A stretch of DNA of 19,179 nt from Promethearchaeota archaeon (lineage in GTDB: Archaea; Asgardarchaeota; Lokiarchaeia; Sigyniarchaeales; SOKP01). Position 1 is the stretch's first letter. The number at the start of each line of letters is the position of its first letter. This document shows, piece after piece, positions 1 to 6,869 of the stretch. The notes beneath the pieces were generated by a model. It searched no databases. It had not been told where the DNA came from and was given only the letters and a program-made list of their open reading frames with translations. The position numbers and the translations under genes are program-made. The stretch spans positions 1 through 19,179 of the forward strand of contig SDNY01000070.1 of the NCBI GenBank assembly GCA_004524535.1, written 5' to 3'.

Positions 1-648
1 CAAGCTATTGGCGGAATAGGAAATTTCATTGAAGATGCCTTTGAAAAATTAATATATGAATTTATTGCTAAAATCGATCCATGGTTTTATTCCAGAGCCA
101 CTTATGATGGTGCCCTTTTAGTTGCAATAATATGGAATATAATCTTATATATTACTGATGTTTTGGATGCATTAAATAAATTCTGGGATTGGGGTTATTT
201 TGATGAGATATTTAGCTTAATATCTGGGATTGCAATTGGATATTGTGGATATTGTGCAAAGAAAGAAGTCGATGATAACTATAAGAAAAAAAATGCAGAA
301 TATATAATGGCTTTTGGTTCTTTTGAAGCTATTCAAGCATTTTGCGAGCTAATGATCCACATAGTATCTAATGATGATGAAATAGCTGATAAAGGGGGAG
401 GTGTTGTTAAAATGATACTTGGTGTAATTAGTGTATGTAGTACTTATTGGCACTTCTATGAGAAAGGAGATGTTGATTGGGATGCTATTTTATGGGCTGT
501 AATAGATGGAAGCCTTACTTTTCCTAATGCTGCTTTCCCATTTATAAAAGACTATATAAAAGCTTTAGTTGCATGTATTGTTGTATGCGCTATAGGAGGC
601 ACACTTTTAATTATAAGATTAACTAATCCAGGAAGATGGATTGGTTAA
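1..648 (+). CDS. C-terminal part of a large hydrophobic/membrane protein (5'-partial)
   Basis: Frame 1 is open from base 1 (QAIGGIGNFIEDAFEKLIYEF...) into the 163..648 ORF, so the gene starts outside the window. It has several Gly/Ala-rich hydrophobic helices. Confidence 0.75.
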   Translation, partial: QAIGGIGNFIEDAFEKLIYEFIAKIDPWFYSRATYDGALLVAIIWNIILYITDVLDALNKFWDWGYFDEIFSLISGIAIGYCGYCAKKEVDDNYKKKNAEYIMAFGSFEAIQAFCELMIHIVSNDDEIADKGGGVVKMILGVISVCSTYWHFYEKGDVDWDAILWAVIDGSLTFPNAAFPFIKDYIKALVACIVVCAIGGTLLIIRLTNPGRWIG

Positions 649-755
649 AATTTTTTTTTATTTTATAATAATATAATAATGATATTATTAATTTTATAAG
701 ATAATAAGGAATAAATATAAATTTATAATTCTTGAATAAATAAATTTTAGCAAAA

Positions 756-1406
756 ATGAAAAAAGATATGAAATTTAATAACTCCAAAAAATTAGTATGG
801 AAATACAAATGCATACCATTTTATTGGAGTGCTTCAATTTTTGCATATTCATCTCCATGTATAATATTTTTAATTCCTATTTTAATTGGAATATTGATAG
901 ATTACAGGGGTTTTAGTGATATTATAAATATCATCATCCTTATCCCCATTATTTTAATATTTCCGTTTTATTTACTCCTTCGATGGGGGAGATATTTCTT
1001 TTTTCTAAAAGCTAAAACATCAAGATTTTCAATAAAACCAAAATTACTCGCATTCAAAAAGAGATTTGATTTATCAGAAATAAAGTCTATTGAGTTTTTA
1101 TTAAAAAGAGCTAGACATCTTTATAGTAATAGTAGTCATGTCAATCTATTGTCAATATACACAACTATTACTATAAAAGAGGTATCTGAAAAAACCCATA
1201 CTTTCAATATAATTAGATTTTATAATTATAAAACGAATGCAGACATCCCATTCGTAGAAAAAAGAAAAGCTATGAAGTCCCTATTTATTAATGCTCTTGA
1301 GGATTTAAGATGTCTTTTTCCAGACTTGATATTAATTAAAGACGAAATACAAGAAGAATTTGAGATTGTTAAAAAAAAAAGACTATTTAAAGATACAATT
1401 GTTTAA
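756..1406 (+). CDS. Hypothetical membrane protein (two N-terminal TM helices plus soluble, possibly PH-like beta domain)
   Basis: 216-aa ORF with two hydrophobic stretches (PCIIFLIPILIGILI; IINIIILIPIILIFPFYLLL), followed by 'FDLSEIKSIEF', which resembles bPH-like membrane proteins. Confidence 0.7.
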   Translation: MKKDMKFNNSKKLVWKYKCIPFYWSASIFAYSSPCIIFLIPILIGILIDYRGFSDIINIIILIPIILIFPFYLLLRWGRYFFFLKAKTSRFSIKPKLLAFKKRFDLSEIKSIEFLLKRARHLYSNSSHVNLLSIYTTITIKEVSEKTHTFNIIRFYNYKTNADIPFVEKRKAMKSLFINALEDLRCLFPDLILIKDEIQEEFEIVKKKRLFKDTIV

Positions 1407-1716
1407 AATTTGAAAAAATGTTTATTGAATGAGAAATTAAAATTGGTTCGCCATAAGGATCTGGTTCAGAATCAAATAAAAAAATCTCTGCTTTCGCAGA
1501 ATCTTTTTGTTCTAATTCAAAAAAATAATGTCCAGGTTCAAGTTTAATTGGTTGACAAAATACATTATAATAATAGTCAAAAGAGATCTCTATTTCTGTA
1601 TCTTGCTTTATTTTTATTGGTTCTTTTAACGCATCTATAGCAGCATATCCTTGAACAACACCCCATCCTTGATTATTATCTTTAATCACTTGAGGATCAA
1701 ATTTGATTAATGCCAA
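1387..1716 (-). pseudogene. Internal fragment of a probable subtilisin-like (S8) peptidase gene
   Basis: 'DNNQGWGVVQGYAAI' resembles the post-catalytic C-terminal motif of S8 domains (D..QG.G.....A). A beta-rich segment follows (GHYFFELEQ...EIFLFDSEPDPYGEPIL). No catalytic triad is present, and both ends overlap opposite-strand genes. Confidence 0.5.
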
Positions 1717-1990
1717 ATTAGAAAAAAAGAACAGAATTGAAGATTTATTGGGCTCTAAGGCAAGAGTTAAAATCCTTGCCCTTTTAGCAAAAGAAAATGA
1801 ATTGAATATCTCTTCTATAATACGTAAAACTCATCTTAATCATTCGATTGTGGTAAAACATTTAAAAAAACTGATAGCGGCAAACCTAGCTCAAGAGAAG
1901 AAATTTGGTCGAATCAGAATTTATCGGTTTAAAACCGAAAATCTTAAAGCAAGAAGCTTGAAAAATTTTATTGAAATTTGGGAAAAATAA
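1703..1990 (+). CDS. ArsR-like winged helix-turn-helix protein
   Basis: 95 aa; 'LLGSKARVKILALLA...ELNISSIIRKTHLNHSIVVKHLKKL...EKKFGRIRIYRF' is a typical archaeal wHTH. Confidence 0.85.
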   Translation: MINAKLEKKNRIEDLLGSKARVKILALLAKENELNISSIIRKTHLNHSIVVKHLKKLIAANLAQEKKFGRIRIYRFKTENLKARSLKNFIEIWEK

Positions 1991-2019
1991 ATAATTCAAA
2001 AAAGGAGGAGGGGAAAAAA

Positions 2020-2493
2020 ATGGTATCTAAAATCATTCAAGACGTTGGAATTCTTTCTGACACGTGTTTGTTAGTTTCTACACATTTCAATGGATTTGAA
2101 TATAAGGATTATATTGAACATGTAAAAGATGCACTTGCTGGAGGTATCCTTATTCTAAGTAAGCAATGGTTATCTGAAGCACCAATATTTTTTACTACTC
2201 CTAATTATTCTATTGTTTTTCTTTTTGAAAATTTTGGATTTTTTGAATCATCAAAAACAGTCTTCGATAAAAATAAATGTACCGAAAAGCAGAAAGAAAG
2301 GAATTTCATTGGATATGTGCTTCTGAAGAACAAAAAAAAATCCATGCATAAGTTTTGCAACAAAAAAGTAATTCCTGTTTTGAGATTTGTCCTTCAAACG
2401 TTTACTTTGAGGTATTTCTCTTATGATTTTACCTGTACTTCCTTTTTTGAAGAATTTAAAGAAATAATTATTAAAAATTTTAAAAAATTGTGA
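2020..2493 (+). CDS. Hypothetical protein, possibly longin-like domain
   Basis: ATG at 2020 follows GGAGGAGGGG (2004-2013). The pattern beta-beta-helix(LAGGILILSKQW)-beta-beta-beta(FIGYVLL)-helix(VLRFVLQTFTLRY)-helix(FFEEFKEII) matches longin topology by eye. Confidence 0.5.
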   Translation: MVSKIIQDVGILSDTCLLVSTHFNGFEYKDYIEHVKDALAGGILILSKQWLSEAPIFFTTPNYSIVFLFENFGFFESSKTVFDKNKCTEKQKERNFIGYVLLKNKKKSMHKFCNKKVIPVLRFVLQTFTLRYFSYDFTCTSFFEEFKEIIIKNFKKL

Positions 2494-2502
2494 GGAAAGA
2501 AT

Positions 2503-3321
2503 ATGATATTAAAAGAAATTGTAGAGTTATTAGAAAACAAGTTATCTCCAAAACAATTTAGATTAGAACTTGAACCTTATGGTTTACAATATGGCAACCA
2601 TAATACAGAAAAAGTAATCAAAAAAGTCATAATTACCTCTGATTTAAGTTTGGAAGCAATACAGTATACCATCAAGAAAAAAATTGGTTTAATAATCGCA
2701 CTACGAGGTTTAATCAATAGTCCAATTAATAGGTTCAATCAAACTCTCATAAATAAATTAACAATATTAACAGAATATCCTGTGTCGCTATTTATTTTAA
2801 GCTTTCCCTATGTTGCAACAGAAGAAGGGGTTTCGGAGACACTCGCCAACGCACTCTACTTGCAAATGAACACTATTTTCAATATTAAGAATCAATTCGG
2901 TGAAGATATTCCAATTGGTCGGATTTGTACACCAAAACTTTATCCTACTCAAAGTAATCCTTTCAAACTTAGCGATTTAATAACCCGTGTAAAATCAATT
3001 CTCAATTTACCTTATATCCCATATATTGGAACACTTGGTCAAAAAATAGATAAAATTTGTGTTATTGGAAAAGAATCGCTCAATACCCAAATTATAGAAA
3101 ACGTATTACAACAAGAGTGTGATTGCCTTGTCATTGGAAAATTACCTTATATCGAAGCTGTCAATGCACGAGATGCAAGATTGCATGTAATTGAAATCCC
3201 TATGTTTTTCATTGAAGTAATTGCGTTAAAAAAAATGCGCAACTTTCTAAGTTTGGAATTTCCCTCCGTCGAATTCGTCTGGTTTGATTCCAAAAATCCA
3301 TTTTCTTATGATATTCAATAA
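2503..3321 (+). CDS. NIF3/YbgI (DUF34)-like protein with degenerate metal-binding motifs
   Basis: N-terminus 'LKEIVELLE...YGLQYG...IKKVIITSDLSLEAI' and 'PIGRI', 'IDKICVIG', 'DCLVIG' follow the NIF3 layout. The usual His ligands are missing. Confidence 0.8.
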   Translation: MILKEIVELLENKLSPKQFRLELEPYGLQYGNHNTEKVIKKVIITSDLSLEAIQYTIKKKIGLIIALRGLINSPINRFNQTLINKLTILTEYPVSLFILSFPYVATEEGVSETLANALYLQMNTIFNIKNQFGEDIPIGRICTPKLYPTQSNPFKLSDLITRVKSILNLPYIPYIGTLGQKIDKICVIGKESLNTQIIENVLQQECDCLVIGKLPYIEAVNARDARLHVIEIPMFFIEVIALKKMRNFLSLEFPSVEFVWFDSKNPFSYDIQ

Positions 3322-3341
3322 AAAATTCAAGAATAGTTGAA

Positions 3342-3650
3342 ATGAGCATAAAGCTTAAGAACTTGTTAAAGCCAGAAGTTGTTGAGATACTTAATGACAT
3401 AAAAAATTACATTAGCAGAAAAGATTACGATCCGACAGAAATCCTGCGTTGTAAATTATGTGAGATAAAAATAGAAAAGCCATCCCTTCCGTTTATTATC
3501 TGGAGTAAGAATCAAGAATATTTCTGCCCATTTCATTTACAGTGCGCAATAAAACCAGAGTGTGTCGATATTTTTATTATTAATGAAATAGGAGGAAATA
3601 TCGGTTATACATATAATATTGATAACAGCAACAAAGGTGAACGCAATTGA
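3342..3650 (+). CDS. Hypothetical Zn-finger protein (CxxC...HxxC, PARP-type zinc-finger-like)
   Basis: 'RCKLCEIKIEK...FCPFHLQC' has the C-x2-C-x3-I-x-K...H-x2-C spacing of zf-PARP-like fingers. Confidence 0.55.
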   Translation: MSIKLKNLLKPEVVEILNDIKNYISRKDYDPTEILRCKLCEIKIEKPSLPFIIWSKNQEYFCPFHLQCAIKPECVDIFIINEIGGNIGYTYNIDNSNKGERN

Positions 3651-4015
3651 TAGGCGAGGCAAGTGATCAATGCTTAAGTGTTCCTGATCTGAAAAAGATT
3701 TATAGAATATTGGGTGAAGAAGCGATAAAGAAGGCATACAAGGAACCTGAAGTGTCCTTGAAGAGAATAAAGACAAAAATTAAAGACATTATATGCATTG
3801 AAAAAGCCGAAAAAAGATTAAAAGACTTACGTTTTAAGCCTTATTTAAATCTCGGAGATTATATTGAACTTGAATTAGTGCTACGGGGGACTTTAGATAG
3901 AGATAAATGGAGATTTCTAAAGTATTATAGATTAAAATCTATGGTGAGAAAAATTGAATCGTTTTTGAACTCAATTTTCAAAAAATTTGATTATGTTATT
4001 ATTGCAGATGAATAA
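3647..4015 (+). CDS. Hypothetical protein
   Basis: 122-aa ORF with TTG start in a TTGA overlap with the upstream stop, and AGGTGA at 3635-3640. Confidence 0.7.
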   Translation: MIGEASDQCLSVPDLKKIYRILGEEAIKKAYKEPEVSLKRIKTKIKDIICIEKAEKRLKDLRFKPYLNLGDYIELELVLRGTLDRDKWRFLKYYRLKSMVRKIESFLNSIFKKFDYVIIADE

Positions 4016-4205
4016 ATTGGAACCAGATGATTTTGATAAAAAGATAAAGATGATGAGTAAAATGTTTAAAAAATTAGCAAGAAAAGTAAAGAGGTTTAAT
4101 TTAATGGAGGGTAGCTCATCGCATAACCTTAAAACCTTTTCAATTTATTCCTTTTTACCCTTAGAGCTAAATTCCAGTTATATAAGAGGTGTTTATCTTG
4201 AATAG
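4008..4205 (+). CDS. Small hypothetical protein containing BHB element A (65 aa unspliced, 37 aa if spliced)
   Basis: ATG at 4008 overlaps the upstream stop and the ORF fills the gap between two genes. Its 3' half coincides with a structured RNA motif. Confidence 0.45.
   Translation: MNKLEPDDFDKKIKMMSKMFKKLARKVKRFNLMEGSSSHNLKTFSIYSFLPLELNSSYIRGVYLE
4074..4170 (+). other. BHB-like hairpin A; candidate 80-nt intron 4085..4164
   Basis: UUAGC|AAGA|AAA|GUAAAGAGG ... CCUUUUUAC|CCUU|AGA|GCUAA gives a 5-bp outer helix, 3 of 4 bp in the central helix, two 3-nt bulges and a 9-bp inner helix with one G-U pair. Confidence 0.55.
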
Positions 4206-4962
4206 GAAGAGGAATATTTTTAGAAATTTTTATGAAAACTGGAAGAAAATTATTGAAACTTGGTTAGAACTCAATTGGGTGTACCCTCATTGTTTTTCAA
4301 GAAAAATCTTAGTGTTTGATATTTGTGAAATAGGCTCGGATAAGAAAAAAGTGATCCAAGAAAGACTATATACAGGACGGTTTTATGAATGCAAAAAATG
4401 TAAAGAAAAATTTAAAGAATTTTCCCTACCGAGGAGACCTTGGTACGAGGTTCCAGTAGCATTTGTAGAAGAGTATAAGAACATACTTCTTACTCTAAGA
4501 AAGCGTACGGAGAAGGGATTTGATAAGAGTGATTATAAAATATTAGATCTTGTTAGGTATGAAGGGTTTGAGATAACGGCAGAAAGAGAATATCAATTGG
4601 ACGATAAATATATCTGGTTGTATGCAATCGTATATCCTAATATCGATAATTTTGATGACATGAAAGATCATATTGAGAAATTAAAAACATCATATTCAAT
4701 TGCCGAATATGTTTCAATAATTAATAGGGATGGTAAAAAATGTATTAAATATCCGGAAAAGATTCGAAACAGTAAAGTAGAGGATTCTATTATCAATAAA
4801 TTAGTTGAGGAGTATGGAAATAAGAGAACTCGAGATACGGATATCAATGATGTAGGGGAGATTATAGAATCAGAAGAATGGATACAAGCAAAGACTGAAA
4901 GAGCAAGGGAAATGATTGCCTCTTTTAAAATCCTTAATATAATTTGCCTTGAAGTATATTAA
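4198..4962 (+). CDS. IKYPE-domain paralogue 1 with N-terminal degenerate zinc ribbon
   Basis: Likely TTG start at 4198 after GAGGTG (4186-4191). Contains YPHC...ECKKC, and its C-terminal ~130 aa align with the next two ORFs. Confidence 0.8.
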   Translation: MNRKRNIFRNFYENWKKIIETWLELNWVYPHCFSRKILVFDICEIGSDKKKVIQERLYTGRFYECKKCKEKFKEFSLPRRPWYEVPVAFVEEYKNILLTLRKRTEKGFDKSDYKILDLVRYEGFEITAEREYQLDDKYIWLYAIVYPNIDNFDDMKDHIEKLKTSYSIAEYVSIINRDGKKCIKYPEKIRNSKVEDSIINKLVEEYGNKRTRDTDINDVGEIIESEEWIQAKTERAREMIASFKILNIICLEVY

Positions 4963-4978
4963 AAGGAGGAATATAAAC

Positions 4979-5497
4979 ATGAGTGGAAATAAAAAAAATA
5001 AAGTAAGCTACGCTCTTGAGAAAGAGGCAAGAATGTCAGGACAGGACGAGTATGAATCAATTGTACGGTTAAAAAGAGAAGCGGACATAAAGATAACTAG
5101 AAAAGAGATCTCAAAATTGAAAGGGCTTTATATGTATATAAAAGTAATTAGACCGTTTGATGAGAACTTTTTCAACATAATAAAAAAAAGATTCAAATCC
5201 TACTTTCCATTAATCGATTGTAGTAACTATGTGAAGAAGATTGAGAAAAAGGATAAATCATATATTAAATATCCAGAAGAGGTTCTAGTGTCGGAAGTAG
5301 ACAATGAGATTAATGTTGATCTGTCAGAAAAGCATGATATTTGCGATGATTATCTTTCAGAAGAAGAATGGGAAGAGATTCAAGAATCTAAGAGGTGGAA
5401 AGAGACTCAGAAACAGATTGCAAGTGAAATAATTGCAGATAGACTACTTGACGAAATTAATAGGCAAAAATTTGGAATTGATAAAACACAGAGGTAA
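4979..5497 (+). CDS. IKYPE-domain paralogue 2 (stand-alone domain)
   Basis: ATG at 4979 after AGGAGGA (4964-4970). Shares the Y-x-[WY]...P, YV..I....K..IKYPE, EWEEI..S..W and A.EIIA motifs. Confidence 0.8.
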   Translation: MSGNKKNKVSYALEKEARMSGQDEYESIVRLKREADIKITRKEISKLKGLYMYIKVIRPFDENFFNIIKKRFKSYFPLIDCSNYVKKIEKKDKSYIKYPEEVLVSEVDNEINVDLSEKHDICDDYLSEEEWEEIQESKRWKETQKQIASEIIADRLLDEINRQKFGIDKTQR

Positions 5498-5557
5498 TGG
5501 AAAATGTTGATCGAAAAAAGGAGTAATCAAGAAATTAAGGGATGAGGATAATAAATA

Positions 5558-6400
5558 TTGACTGAATTAGAATTAAATGAAAGAACAGAAATAAAAAATC
5601 AAGATAGGCTTGATGCCCTTTTATCTAGGCTTAATAAATGTGCAAATTTATTAGATCCGGATAAAGCTCAATTGATAATTTTTCTTGAGAAGGAATTTAA
5701 TATTAGAATAACAAAGGAGAAACTTCCCATACAATATCAATATATATGGATAATGGTATTAAGGCCTTTTACCATTAAAGTTTATAACTTGGTAAAAAAA
5801 CAGCTTGATCTTCGCAACTTTCCACATTTAATCAATAGTTATGTTATTAAATGTCAATTAGATGGAAAGGATTTTATTAAATATCCTGAGAAAATCGAGA
5901 TAAGCATAATTCAACATAAAATTTTGGATGATTTAACGAGGACCAGAATAGGCGGGAAATTAACAGAGACAGAATGGGAGGTAATAATGAGTACAGCCTC
6001 ATGGAAAATGGCTGAATCGCAAGTCGCTCGAGAACTAATTGCTTTAAATATTTATAATGAAATGAACAATAACCCTATGGAAGAGATTAAGATCAAACAC
6101 ATCAAATACTGGTTAGGTTTAGCAGAAATAATCAAATGGTATAAAACAACAGATCCATGTCATTATCTAAAGAATAGAACTGTCGATTCCCTGTATAACC
6201 TGTTAGAAAAGGCGAAGAATTCTTCTGATAAAATGATTCCCTTATTTACAATAATCAGTAGAATAAAGAAAAATATTGAAAAGGAATGGAAGAGAAATAA
6301 GGACCCCAATCCAAGTGTCAATTTCAGCTTAATCAGCAAACTAATTGATAATTTAGAGAATTTAAAAGAAAAGTTAGAAAGGAATAATATAAATGCATGA
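5558..6400 (+). CDS. IKYPE-domain paralogue 3 with C-terminal helical extension
   Basis: TTG start after GAGG. Same conserved domain (YIWIMVLRPF...YVIKCQLDGKDFIKYPE...EWEVIMSTASW...ARELIA) plus ~105 extra aa. Confidence 0.8.
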   Translation: MTELELNERTEIKNQDRLDALLSRLNKCANLLDPDKAQLIIFLEKEFNIRITKEKLPIQYQYIWIMVLRPFTIKVYNLVKKQLDLRNFPHLINSYVIKCQLDGKDFIKYPEKIEISIIQHKILDDLTRTRIGGKLTETEWEVIMSTASWKMAESQVARELIALNIYNEMNNNPMEEIKIKHIKYWLGLAEIIKWYKTTDPCHYLKNRTVDSLYNLLEKAKNSSDKMIPLFTIISRIKKNIEKEWKRNKDPNPSVNFSLISKLIDNLENLKEKLERNNINA

Positions 6401-6403
6401 AAA

Positions 6404-6501
6404 TTTAGCAAGGAATGTAAAGAGGATAAATATGAATTTGACATGGTGGGGAGTCAGAATAAATCTTTCTTATTCTATACCTCTTTACCCTTAGAACTAA
6501 A
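6404..6501 (+). other. BHB hairpin B; candidate 79-nt intron 6416..6494
   Basis: UUUAG-C|AAGG|AAU|GUAAAGAGG ... CCUCUUUAC|CCUU|AGA|A-CUAAA gives a perfect 4-bp central helix, two 3-nt bulges and a perfect 9-bp inner helix. There is further internal pairing (UUUGAC/GUCAGA). Confidence 0.65.
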
Positions 6502-6541
6502 AAACTCAAGAATTTAAAGACCATGGAAGTGTATATTCAAA

Positions 6542-6724
6542 ATGGAATATAATAATGAACATAAAGATAAGTACGAGTGCGAGCTTAAAATGGACGGAAT
6601 AAGCAAGGATCTTTCGATAACTGAGGATTTTGAATTATGGTTAGAAGAAATTCCAAAATTAATTTATCAATATTCTGATGGTAGTGAAGAAATCATCTTA
6701 AAAATTAAAAAAATAAGAAAATAA
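6542..6724 (+). CDS. Small hypothetical protein
   Basis: 60-aa ATG ORF co-oriented with the island, with GGAAGTG upstream. Confidence 0.6.
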   Translation: MEYNNEHKDKYECELKMDGISKDLSITEDFELWLEEIPKLIYQYSDGSEEIILKIKKIRK

Positions 6725-6746
6725 AAAATTAGAGGTCGTTAAAATA

Positions 6747-6866
6747 TTGCAAGAAAAAGAAAAATCAGATCATACATTTGAGCAAAAGACACTAATGGAA
6801 ATTCTAAAATGCTCGGAATCTGACTTAAAAGATGTTCAAAAATTCATTGAAAAAATTGAGATATAG
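6747..6866 (+). CDS. Small hypothetical protein, 39 aa (MQEKEKSDHTFEQKTLMEILKCSESDLKDVQKFIEKIEI), below the ORF-track cutoff
   Basis: GAGGT at 6732-6736 then TTG at 6747, the same start context as the 5558 gene. Amphipathic sequence, followed by a T-tract. Confidence 0.5.
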   Translation: MQEKEKSDHTFEQKTLMEILKCSESDLKDVQKFIEKIEI

Positions 6867-6869
6867 TAC

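Larger units (their letters stand above)
3342..6866 (+). mobile_element. Putative integrated element / genomic island of small co-oriented unknown genes
   Basis: At least eight tightly packed or overlapping + strand ORFs with no recognisable housekeeping function, frequent TTG starts, Shine-Dalgarno-like motifs and internal paralogy. No integrase or capsid gene is visible. Confidence 0.45.

Noticed and set aside
4074-6501. BHB hairpins as parts of tRNA or rRNA genes
   Set aside because: The flanks are AT-rich coding-like sequence with no cloverleaf, T-loop (GTTCRA) or rRNA similarity.
6398-6517. TGA read-through extending 5558..6400 by ~38 codons
   Set aside because: No redox-motif context or evident SECIS; the region is better explained by the BHB hairpin.
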